The notes under the pieces: generated by a model | Seen by the model: the letters and a program-made list of their open reading frames with translations, nothing else | Database searches by the model: none | What the model was told of the DNA's origin: nothing | Assembly: GCA_903813345.2 (NCBI GenBank) | Contig: CAIIXF020000001.1 | Location: 40,548,001-40,612,000, forward strand | Length of the DNA stretch: 64,000 nucleotides | Source: Owenia fusiformis | Taxonomy: Eukaryota | Direction: 5' to 3' | Part shown: positions 38,636-50,404 of the stretch, in pieces | Layout: each line of letters begins with the position of its first letter | Numbering within the stretch: the stretch's first letter is position 1 | Program-made: the position numbers and the translations under genes

Positions 38636-40507
38636 TACCGTAGATAGCATATAAAGAACAAAATGTCTCAATATAAAATCCTAAACCTAAAAGACACGTT
38701 TGCTGTGGTTTTATTAAATATGAAGTTGAATGTTTTATTCAGGTTAGATATGGTTCATCCCAAAACATGTCTTATTATTATCAATTTACATACAAAAGGT
38801 AAATGAAACTTACATTTTAAAGCAGTCAGTTAAAACCTGACTTCGTCAGTGAAATTGTTGATGTTCCGTTTACAACAAGATTATCAGTCACATTTCTAAC
38901 AAATATACGTTCCTAATAGGGGCTCAAACTGATCCTATTCTCGTGTGTATATGTAACTCAGTTGGTCAATGCTTGTTAGAATTGGATTAATTTATTTACA
39001 GGTTAAGCAGGAATAACAGGTTTAGCAAAATCTAAATGAAAAATGTGACAGTAACAAGAAGAATGGCGTTTTGAGACCCCAATTTCGTATCAACGTCGGA
39101 CAAAAATCAAAATTGAACAATGCAAATGACATTTCCACCTCCTCTAGCTAGTAGTTATATTTTAAAAGATGGCATGGGTTTACTAGCACAATGAATTGAT
39201 ACTTTTGATTTAAGACCAAGCATTTTAGGGTTTGATAAATCAAAACTGGACAATGATTTTATGGAAAAATAGACTTATCGAGGTTACATTATAGTCATAC
39301 ATTTCAAATTTTGAGTCGGCGAACTTAAACAACAACATTTTATTGAGTTGCAACTAGTTTCAAAGCGTTCGGGTAAAGTCTTTGGAGGGGAACGAACGGA
39401 ACCTGGATGACTGATCTGCTTAAAGGCACTACAAAAGAAGACTACCGTTAAGTCTGACTAATGACTTCGGTCTCTATGACTATACAATTTTCACCCTAAG
39501 ACGAATATCGAACCATTAAAGCTAGTAATAATGATTCTTTTCCACTCAGGACCCAGCGTAATTCAAGTGATGCGTGTAGGACAAGTTAAGGTGACTCGAC
39601 AGTTTCTATTATATACAAAGGCGTAAACAGGATCTGAGTTCTCGGCATACGTTGGGGCAAGTTTTAATTTGTGAAGCAAAAACATAAGCGAGACAAAAAA
39701 GCTGAAGTGCATATAATAATTCCATTCGACTTTAATTACACTGAACCAGGTAGAAATAAACAATTTACTATTCGCTAATTTACTAATGAAACGAAACGGA
39801 ACTAGTTTACCATTTATATTTTTCATGAACAATGCTACTCGTTGTTTTCTGCAAAGATAAATTCATAACCATATTAAATTCCATATTTACATTATTACCC
39901 CATAGCGAGACTAGATTAATTGAATTCTCAGTGAAGAACGTAGAACTAAAGAATACGTGGATACTTGATAGTCTGTAATAAATTGACGAGGCTGATCAAT
40001 ACAGACTCAAATATGTAATCAAATATGTTCTAAGTAAACCAAATATAAAATCACTGGAAGACACACGCACCGTCGTACAAGCTGATGTGTCCAACACTTA
40101 CGTTAGGCTGCTGATGAAAATAACTCGGGTAGTGAAGCTATCCATGATACAAATACCCATCGTAGAATTTAAACGGAGAATAATAAATATGTGATTTAAT
40201 GCGTTGCCACATACCTCGAAGGAACATCAACAACGTGAACGCTCTGATATAAAATTAAAGGATGTCGATTGTCGACAGTCGCTCGGATAGAACAAAAGTG
40301 TAGGTCAACACAGATTATGCAGATCGTTGACATTGACATCATAAGTAATAACCGATTTAAAAGTAACAATTAAGGAATGTTATTACAGCGGCAGCTGGCC
40401 TCACTTCTGTGACCAAATAGGAAAAAGCTGTTAATGGTCGGAGTATTTGTTTGATGATGGGCAGGCTTATTACACAAACGCTGAACTGATATCACGATAT
40501 TGTGGAA

Positions 40508-41872
40508 ATGAAAATGCAGACAACAATGAAATCGAATTGTTGTTTAGACATACCACCGTTGAACATTTCGGAAATCGGTTTTCAATTTACAGCAATTATA
40601 ATATTGGATGTTCTCTGCATCGTCGGTAATATTCTACTGATTTTAACAATTTCTAAATCTCATCAACTGCACACAATTAGCAATGGCCTTATCCTTAATC
40701 TAGGGATTGCTGATCTGTTAGTAGCTGTTCTAGTGGTTCCATTCTGGGCCGTGACAACTTTGGCTCAAGTGGCGACTGTACCCAATGAGTTATGCGTAAT
40801 GGTTGGATTCTTTACGGTTACGCTATTTCTGGAATCCATGACAACGCTAGGAGGAATTGCATTTGATAGGTATTGTAGTATATGCCGCCCATTGCGGTAC
40901 CCTATCATTGTGACTAACACAAGAGCCATTGTGTTTGTCGTCTACTCTTGGGCCCAAAGTGCAATATTAGCAGCCGCTCCGTTTTTTGGATTTGGTGAAT
41001 ATAGATTCAAACCGTCAACGTTGTCCATCTGCACGATGGACTTTCTCCACGACACATACTACTCAGTTTTGTTATTTTGTGTGGCAGTTTTACCTTCATG
41101 TTTGACGATTATAATATGTTATTCGATTATTTTTAAAGTCGTGCGAGATCAAGTTCGAAAAGTGAAGGAATTAGACCACAGTAGATGTTCCGCTGATGTG
41201 GGACCGGGCTTATCGGGTCCAGGGGTAACATCCGGAGTAAGTAACGGTAGCAACCGAATGGATAATTTTTCAGAAACTACTGGATTGGATAGAAACAACC
41301 CAATCTGTATATTTGCTATGACCGTTGGTAAGATTCGACTAAAACCTACAAAAATTGAAAAAGGAATTAGACCAGATGAAAGCAGTAACAAGAAAAGCAC
41401 CTACGATGCCATTGACTTCCGTTTCATCAATATTGATAATGATATAGGTACGATGCCTCGGATTCCTGTTGGGCAATCTGTCTTAGCTCGAGCGGCGGTT
41501 AGGTTCAAATCATCAATCAAACAATCGCGAGGTCTTAGAACTATTGGCTTAATCATAGGCTGTTTTTTAATATGTTGGACTCCTTATTGCATTCTTATAA
41601 TTCGCTCAATAATTACAGGGACGGCTCCCGACTATGACGTTGAATTTATCATTACGTTTCTGGCTTTCGCTAATTGCTTTGCGAACCCTATCATTTGCTT
41701 GGTTGTTAATAGAGAATTCAAAAAAGCGATGAAGAAGATATTAATGCCAGAGAGGCCGAGGATGCTGCACCTGAGGGAGATAATGAACCTGTTCAACACG
41801 ATAACAGCGGTAATTGCTCCACAGATACTTGAAGATGCAACCCCAGACCCCGCCTCGGACACGCAAAATTGA
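40508..41872 (+). CDS. Intronless class A (rhodopsin-like) orphan GPCR, GPR161/GPR101-like (~454 aa)
   Basis: Seven hydrophobic helices; GN (TM1), LGIADL (TM2), FDRY (TM3), CWTPY (TM6), NPIIC (TM7); long ICL3; first ATG 40508. QFTAIII, SMTTLGGIAFDRY, YPIIVTNTRA and CYSIIFKV..RKV recall GPR161. No Asp at position 3.32. Confidence 0.9.
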   Translation: MKMQTTMKSNCCLDIPPLNISEIGFQFTAIIILDVLCIVGNILLILTISKSHQLHTISNGLILNLGIADLLVAVLVVPFWAVTTLAQVATVPNELCVMVGFFTVTLFLESMTTLGGIAFDRYCSICRPLRYPIIVTNTRAIVFVVYSWAQSAILAAAPFFGFGEYRFKPSTLSICTMDFLHDTYYSVLLFCVAVLPSCLTIIICYSIIFKVVRDQVRKVKELDHSRCSADVGPGLSGPGVTSGVSNGSNRMDNFSETTGLDRNNPICIFAMTVGKIRLKPTKIEKGIRPDESSNKKSTYDAIDFRFINIDNDIGTMPRIPVGQSVLARAAVRFKSSIKQSRGLRTIGLIIGCFLICWTPYCILIIRSIITGTAPDYDVEFIITFLAFANCFANPIICLVVNREFKKAMKKILMPERPRMLHLREIMNLFNTITAVIAPQILEDATPDPASDTQN

Positions 41873-42302
41873 AATGAATTAAATGAACAAGCACATCGAA
41901 ACAATAGGTGTTGTACAATGTAAAATAAAGACGCCAATATAATTCTTCTGAGAGAATCATAAATATTTCAAGTAAGGATTATCTCTGGATTGGTCATTAA
42001 GTTGGTTTTATATTTCCATAATTAAATACTCATTAAGCAAGAGTACCTCATTCGGTCTACCATGGGAAGCTACCATGAATTTATGAAATAAATATTGCAT
42101 AAATTCACTGTGTAAATCGTTCACTTTTGGGAAATAATCCATATACCGGAGATTAAATGGAAATGATTTTTAAATGCATTCGCGGAACACAAAACTTGAA
42201 GAAACTTGAGTTATTTGGAATTAGACCAGATCGTTCAAAAAGTAGACTTTAAAGACCTGTTTCTCATATTGTAGCATATATTGATCAATAACAATGCCTT
42301 AA

Positions 42303-42716
42303 GGTCAGGGTGCATGATGGGAAATTTTCTGCATTCCTCAATTGAGTCACATGTTATTTTTCAAACAAGAATCACTCCTTCCCCACATTGTCTATATCTT
42401 CCAGTTTTGCACAAAGAGTGCACTTATGTGCCTAGAAAAGAATTGTGAGAAGAATGTTTTGATAAAGTGTATAAGAAATAAGAAAATTCCGTGAAAAAAA
42501 TCAGAAAATTTTCAGAATTTTTTTTCACTGTATTTTCTCATTTTTTATACATTTTACAAAGCAAACCTTCTCACAAGGCTTTTCTAGGCACATAAGTGCA
42601 CTCTTTGTGCAAACTTGAAAGATGTAGACAATGTGGGGAAGGAGTGATTCTTGTTTGAAAAATAACATGTGACTCAATTGAGGAATGCAGAAAATTTCCC
42701 ATCATGCACCCTGTCC
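42303..42716. mobile_element. Foldback MITE with TTAA TSD (Kolobok-like)
   Basis: Almost the entire 414 bp is an inverted repeat (ggtcagggtgcatgatgggaaattttctgcattcc… / …ggaatgcagaaaatttcccatcatgcaccctgtcc); TTAA at 42299-42302 and 42717-42720. Confidence 0.9.
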
Positions 42717-44358
42717 TTAAGTTTGAGCTGTCGACAACCGACATGCTTCAAATGATTTTTATGATGACTGGACGTGAATAATCCCCGGGTTATATAAAAC
42801 ATTTTGAACATCCTTTAAGGTAAAAAACATGTCAACTTCATCTTTTCAAACTATATTGGAATACATTTGAAAACAAACATTTTAAAACATTCAACTATTT
42901 TGGAATACATTTAAAAATGGAAACAAACAATTGAAAACAAAACCATTTTATCTTTTTTGATGATGACAAGTTGAGGCAATGGTATATTATTTGTATACCC
43001 TTACACAATACCCATCTTCGTACTACAAAAACCATCTCTGTTCGGACAACTTATAAATCATATTCCCCTTCAGTACTACTCGTCTCGACCCTTTGACAAC
43101 ACTAGTCTCGAGCAGTGTATTCACTGTGGTATTATCAACCTGGAATTGTCAATACCTGTTTTGATACTATATTTTGAGAAGTTCGTTAAAACTCAACAAA
43201 ATACAATTGTAGACATCTCTTGAGGTCAACTGGCAAAATTGTATACCGATACTGTAAACCTTGAAAGTACTGTTGACAGTCTCGGTCAACTGTACTCTCA
43301 AGGTTTACTGTCGAGGTATACACTTTTGCCAGTTGACGGAATAGAGAGGTTAACAATTGTTTTGTTAGTCCGAACATGGGGTTTCAAATAATTGTCCGAA
43401 GAATATAATAATTGGAAGGATACATGTATATTATCGAATATCACGTGAACATATTTGATAAGTGTAGGTATCATATTTTAGCCAAAAATCCCCAAACCGT
43501 CGAATATTTGTAATTTTTTCACAACTTATTTTTTTCAATTTTTTTCTAAATTAAAAAAATGTCAACATTTGAAAAACCCTTTTTTCAAAAGTAGCGGTCA
43601 ACTGTACATAGTAGCGGTCAACAGTATACAATTGTTGACCTCTCCAGAGGTCAACCGGCAAAATTGTATACCGAGACAGTGGAAGCTAAACTCTCTGTTT
43701 TCGGCACACAACTACGTACTCACCAGTAAATTAATGTTAATTTTGCGTTTCTATTTGTATTGTTGCTATACTCGTCGTGTAGAAAAGTCAAAATATCACT
43801 TTCATCAATGTGTACAAAATGTCCGACTACCATGTTTTTTCTGTAAACATTGTGACGTCATATTTCCCATAATTCACAAGTGTAGTACAGTAACATACGC
43901 GGTCAATAATATGATATCCCATGATGCACAAGTGAGGTACAGGCAAAAATGTTGACCGCTAATTGACCAATCAGATGCGAGTATTTACACTGAGGTACTA
44001 ACAATACATACATATTGTTGACCGCTCATCAACTAATCAGAATTGAGTATTTCAATTGCGTACATTACAACATTGACATTACTGTTGACCACTACATTTA
44101 TCGTGTTAAAGAGATCATGTTATAGTTGTTGGAATCTTAGCTATAAGAGATTCTACTGATGTCATCTAAGCATTGTTTGAGATTGCCAAGCAGATGTTTT
44201 CTAATTTGAAAAACTAGTGATCGTGTTCATTTCAAAACAATTGATAAGAAAGATAAAAGATGAAACAAATGTCAATAATACCATTATCATAATTGATACG
44301 GACCTATTTAGGTGAGCATACATTCCAAATCTTTGGATTAACAAAATATTTGTTTATG

Positions 44359-44725
44359 TCTCAATCACATTTGCTACGGCAGTCGTATGATCTATCATTT
44401 CTTCGGCCACTAGAAATCCTACAGTCGCGGTAGAATTTCTACGGTCAGATACTTTAGCGCTCTCATTTGCTACGGCAGCAGAATAACGTAGTTTGAATTT
44501 GTGGCGACAGAAACCCAAATGTTGCCGTACTGCCTTTTAAATGATGACTCAATGTGACCGTAGAGCGTCTCTGCGGCAGGCATGGTTTTTGACAAATATC
44601 AAAGTAGCCACAGGTGTCCACCATGGAGACAGTATGTGATCATTCGACTTGACTGGTACGTGCCAGAAGTCTACACCAATCTACGGTTGTCGAATGGTGG
44701 CCGTAGAGCTAAATGTGATTGGTAT
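44359..44725. mobile_element. Diverged relative of the 33499-34048 MITE
   Basis: tcacatttgctacggc…tctatcatttc…tacggtcagat… collinear with 33507 onward; ends in aaatgtgattgg. Confidence 0.65.
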
Positions 44726-45189
44726 GGTTTACAGTTGAAGTGTACAATTTGAACTCAAGAGTGGTCTGGAATTGTCCGCTGGGAATAAATAATCTATATT
44801 TACTATTTTAATTGTGAAGTACAATTCATCAATGTCTGCTCAGCGATTATTATAATTTCGCAGTCATCAACATTCCAATGTTAATAGCGACCCCAGATCT
44901 GTTTTAAGTTTATATTAGGTATACAGTTAACCAGGACAGGTGAACAGTTGGTTTGTTATACGTATATGCACCAGCTCTAGAGCTATTGTATTTTTATCCA
45001 GGAACTTACTAAGATTGTTCCGTTTGAGGAGGATGTTCACCACAAATAGCGTACAATCAATTGAAATAAACACAAAGGCAGACGCAATGCATCTAAAAAC
45101 ATCCCTGAGAAACAAAACATAGATTAATTTGATTGATTTAGACAGATGTTTTATTGAAAATAGCAAAGTATATTATTATGCATGATGTT

Positions 45190-47460
45190 TATTATGTCAC
45201 CACCAAAAGTGGTGACATATTGTTATGGTCTCCGTTTTTTTGCGACGGCGTCCGGCGGTTGGTGGTTGGTGGTTGGCGTCCGGCGGTTGGCGTCTGTAAC
45301 AATTTCTTACAACTTCCTATAACTTAACAAATACTGTTTAGACTAACTTCAATTTTTTTCTAAATCATCTACATGTTCTCAGAAGTTCAAATCTGACTTT
45401 AGATTTGACATTTGACCTTCAATGACCTTCTCAAGGTCAAAAAGGTCTTTTTTCAACTTGCTTCACATTGACTAAATTTTTTTCAAAATCATCTACATGT
45501 TCTCAGAAATTCAAATCTGACTTTAGATTTGACATTTGACCTTCAAATCTGACTTTAGATTTGTCATTTGACCTTCAATGACCTTCTCAAGGTCAAAAAA
45601 GGTCAAAAAGGTCTGTTTTCAACTTGCTTCAAATTGACTAAATTTTTTTTTCAAAATCATCTACGTGTTCTCAGAAATTCAAATTTGACTTAAGATTTGA
45701 CTTGAGATTTGACATTTGACCTTCAATGACCTTCTCAAGGTCAAAAAAGGTCAAAAAGGTCTTTTTTCAACTTGCTTCAAATTGACTTAATTTTTTTTTC
45801 AAAATCATCTACATGTTCTCAGAATTTCAAATCTGACTTTAGATTTGACATTTGACCTTCAATGACCTTCTCAAGGTCAAAAAAGGTCAAAAAGGTCTGT
45901 TTTCAACTTGCTTCAAATTGACTAAATTTTTTTTTCAAAATCATCTACGTGTTCTCAGAAATTCAAATCTGACTTAAGATTTGACATTTGACCTTCAATG
46001 ACCTTCTCAAGGTCAAAAAAGGTCAAAAAGGTCTTTTTTCAACTTGCTTCAAATTGACTAAAAAAAATTTTCAAAATCATCTACGTGTTCTCAGAATCTT
46101 AAATCTGACTTTAGATTTGACTTAAGATTTGACGACCTTCAATGACCTTCTCAAAGTCAAAAAAGGTCAAAAAGGTATTTTTTCAACTTGCTTCAAATTG
46201 ACTTAATTTTTTTTTCAAAATCATCTACATGTTCTCAGAATTTCAAATCTGACTTTAGATTTGACATTTGACCTTCAATGACCTTCTCAAGGTCAAAAAA
46301 GGTCAAAAAGGTCTGTTTTCAACTTGCTTCAAATTGACTAAATTTTTTTTTCAAAATCATCTACGTGTTCTCAGAAATTCAAATCTGACTTAAGATTTGA
46401 CATTTGACCTTCAATGACCTTCTCAAGGTCAAAAAAGGTCAACAAGGTCTGTTTTCAACTTGCTTCAAATTGACTAAAAAAAATTCAAAATCATCTACAT
46501 GTTCTCAGAAATTCAAATCTGACTTTAGATTTGACTTAAGATTTGACATTTGACCTTCAATGACCTTCTCAAAGTCAAAAAAGGTCAAAAAGGTCTTTTT
46601 TCAACTTGCTTCAAATTGACTAAATTTTTTTTTCAAAATCATCTACATGTTCTCAGAAATTCAAATCTGACTTTAGATTTGACATTTGACCTTCAATGAC
46701 CTTCTCAAGGTCAAAAAAGGTCAAAAAGGTCTTTTTTCAACTTGCTCCAAATTGACTAATTTTTTTTTTCAAAATCATCTACATGTTCTCAGAAATTCAA
46801 ATCTGACTTTAGATTTGACATTTGACCTTTAATGACCTTCTCAAGGTCAAAAAGGTCAAAAAGGTCTGTTTTCAACTTGCTTCAAATTGACTAAAAAATG
46901 TTTTCAAAATCATCTACTTGTTCTCAGAAATTCAAATCTGACTTTAGATTTGACTTAAGATTTGACATTTGACCTTCAATGACCTTCTCAAAGTCAAAAA
47001 AGGTCAAAAAGGTCTTTTTTCAACTTGCTTCAAATTGACTAAATTTTTTTTTCAAAATCATCTACGTGTTCTCAGAAATTCAAATCTGACTTTAGATTTG
47101 ACATTTGACCTTCAATGACCTTCTCAAGGTCAAAAAAGGTCAAAAAGGTCTGTTTTCAACTTGCTTCAAATTGACTAATTTTTTTTTTCAAAATCATCTA
47201 CATGTTCTCAGAAATTCAAATCTGACTTTAGATTTGACATTTGACCTTTAATGACCTTCTCAAGGTCAAAAAAGGTCAAAAAGGTCTGTTTTCAACTTGC
47301 TTCAAATTGACCAAATTTTTTTTTCAAAATCATCTACATCTTTTCAGAAGTTCAAATTTGACTTTACAAGTTCTCAGAAATTCAAATCTGACTTAAGTTT
47401 GAACTCATTATATTGTGAGCAACTAGGTGGTGACATTTTGTCATGTTAATGCCTTGTTTA
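45190..47460 (+). mobile_element. Helentron-like non-autonomous element carrying a ~2 kb satellite array (~16 units of ~120-130 bp)
   Basis: 5' tatgtcaccaccaaaagtggtgacata hairpin; ggtt/ggcg microsatellite; tandem units tcaaaatcatctacatgttctcagaaattcaaatctgac…tgaccttcaatgaccttctcaaggtcaaaa; 3' ggtggtgacat sub-terminal IR. Confidence 0.8.
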
Positions 47461-47960
47461 CAATATGGCACAGTGCAAAAATATATACAAAATACAGCTT
47501 CACCAACTTTACAATTATATACAATATTCACAATAATCAATTACAATAACATTCATTGCGTAATATATTAATACTATGTGTGTAAAAATTAAACAAAACA
47601 AAAAAAATATTGAACTACTTCAATAGTAATACAAATTCTTCAAATTTACAGGCTTATCCATGAAGATTCCCAATTTATCTCAACAAAATGAGACCAATGT
47701 CAATTTATTTTATAATAATCATAGTTTCTAAAGTCAACCATGTACAGTAATGGTCTCTGTTCAAAACTGGGACTGTTATGTAGGTTAAATACTAGCTAGA
47801 CCATATAATCAAAACTTCATATTCATAAGCGTTTGAATACTCGGTTTAAAATCGACCCCTTGTAGAGAAATGGCTCCAAGGAGATATTCATTATGTTATA
47901 ATATTTCTAATTAGAAAGCTGGGTTGATGTTGAACAGTTGAACCTATGTTCTCTTGTAAA

Positions 47961-49176
47961 TGTAACAGGCTTGTTAGACACCCTGTACTAAGGTTTAGCT
48001 TACAAGTTATTTAGTGAATTAAGTGAGCCATACAACTGTTCTCAACCTCACTTTAGGGTTCAATTTTCTATTTCAATAGGTACTTTCTATGTACAAGCTA
48101 TTTTTAGCCCATTGTATTTTTGTATTGACTATGTATTTTCAAACCCTGCTGTGGCAGTGATTTGTAGTTTTCATCTGTAAAGCTCAGTTCACTGGCTGAG
48201 ACTGTCCAAGCAGGACAACTGGGTAAATATTGTACTATTTTTTACATTTTTGTAATGTCATGGTCCAAAGTCTCCCACTTTGTAATATTTTATAGCATAC
48301 ATTTCTTACTTATTTCAACTATAATGACCATATTATAAACACTAGTTGAGAAGTAATAATTGTTAGCTTCATCTTCAATGTAAACCTGTTTGTAATATTT
48401 AGTCCATGTGTCACGCCCAATTTGTGTCCAGCTTTCATGGCTGTACATTTTGGTTTCTATTGATTGTAGAGTGACACGTTATCTACTGTACCATGCTTAG
48501 CCAGTGGGCTCATAACCTCATCCCCTAGGGACCATTAGTAAGTTTTTTATCATAGCCTTATCTTACTTAGTAAACTTGTAAGTTTGTAATAATTGGATGT
48601 GATGTAAATTCAAGATGTCAATGTCATATTCGCAAGAGCTCAAATACTTTTAGGCTTCATGTTTACTCTAATGGGACATTTTGTCTATGTGGTATTAGTG
48701 AATAGGATATCTGGTAATTTTGTTATTTGCTTTAGTGGCAAACATTACATTTTCCAATTTTGGCATTTGTTATATTTCTAGTACTGAGTGACCCACAATA
48801 TTGTGACAACCTTCAGTCGCTGACTCGCTTAGTATAATAGTCCACGAGGGTATGTTGATGTATTTTATATGCCAGTTGCATGTATTTTAAATAGTGAATA
48901 ATGTAAGGTTATAGCTTCAAAGCATCTGAACAATGTTAGTTTGTAGTATGAGTATTATAGTTCACACATATTTTGGTACCATTGTAGCTTATATGTATTG
49001 CGTGTATTACAGTTGATACACATTATGGTACCTTTTGTACTTTCAGGGAACTCCAACTCCCCGTTGTTGTGATGTGATTGAAATGAATATACCCATTTGA
49101 CTGATAAACATATATACTGTTGCGTTTGTGCTTATTTTGCTAATATAAACCCACGTCGACCTTGCCCCCGGTCACA
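47961..49176 (+). repeat. 5' LTR
   Basis: tgtaacaggc…cccggtcaca; same length as the 3' LTR and no mismatch seen in the stretches compared by eye. Confidence 0.97.
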
Positions 49177-49178
49177 TT

Positions 49179-49192
49179 TGGTGTCAGATGTG
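49179..49192 (+). promoter_or_regulatory. Primer-binding site, tRNA-Leu-like
   Basis: tggtgtcagatgtg 2 nt after the LTR; resembles the complement of a tRNA-Leu 3' end (TGGTGTCAGAAGTGG) with one mismatch. Confidence 0.75.
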
Positions 49193-50404
49193 TTTGCGGC
49201 AGCATCAACCTACAACCTACAACCACTTGCAAGCTACAACGTACCACTAGCCAGTATACAGGTTTAAAACCACAACAAATGAATGTGTATAATATAAGTA
49301 GTGTTAATATTGAGCCATTAATGCTTGATAAAGTGACAGTCAGATAGTCACTATAGATTCAGATTCAGATAGTTTAGGTAGTTCTATAAATATCAAATAT
49401 GCTCTAAAAGCAAGCGTTTTTTCCAGTTCATGTATTTACAAAGGTGAACTTATGCAATTGAATCTGATGTCCATATGTAGTTATATTGTGTTGGGAGAAC
49501 TCATGCATATTATGTTGATAATGGCTGAAGAATAAATGCCATCTATAGTGGAGTTATTAAATCAATTACTGTTCAAGTGTCACATAAAGTGACAGTCACA
49601 TAAAGTGACAATCAATGTACATATAGTAGACTATGTCTTCATAGAATTATCAGGTTTCTAAACTTAATTAAGGTTTAGGGTTTATTGTTGCTATATTGCT
49701 ACTGTGTTGTCATTAAAGAAGGTATTATTATCCTAACTTACAAAATCTGTTAGGGTACAGGTATTATTATCCTAACTTACAAAATCTGTTAGGGTACAAT
49801 CCTACACATAACTACCTTAATAAATATTAGTGTTTGTTTATATCTATAAGGTATTATCCTAGCAAAAGCTTTTTGATAGGGTACATATATACTTATATAA
49901 TTACACAATATTGGCCGAGAATAACATATACGGGTACAAATTACCACATGGTGTTGTGCAAAAACGCACATTATAAGGGTATTCTATAAGTGTACATATT
50001 ACAACACGGTGTTGTGCAAAAACTCACGTTACTAGGGTAGTCTATAAGTGTTTGTTAGTGTACATATTATCACACGGTGTTGTGCAAAAACGCACATCAT
50101 AAGGGTACCATAAAGGTATATATATTACTACATAGTGCTGTGCAACAACGCACGTTATTAAGGTGTCACATATTCGTACCTATTGCTACACGGCGTGGTG
50201 CTATAACGCACAATCTTATATCACGGTAGTGTGCTAAAACGCACATTGTATTATCACATATTTGTTACATGCTAGTGTTATACTAGTATATAAGATTACA
50301 CGGTGGTATACCATAACGCACATCTTTATTAGATCACAAGGGTATTTGACAATAAGATTTTTTACATAGTGTTGAGTTGGATATCCACTCAGTATTAACA
50401 CAAG

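Noticed and set aside
40508..41872. Biogenic amine receptor or opsin call for the GPCR
   Set aside because: TM3 lacks Asp3.32 and TM7 has no retinal-binding Lys.
49945..50325. Hairpin repeats with variable spacers as a CRISPR-like array
   Set aside because: Repeats are degenerate, spacers are related to each other and irregular in length, and the array lies inside a retrotransposon leader.
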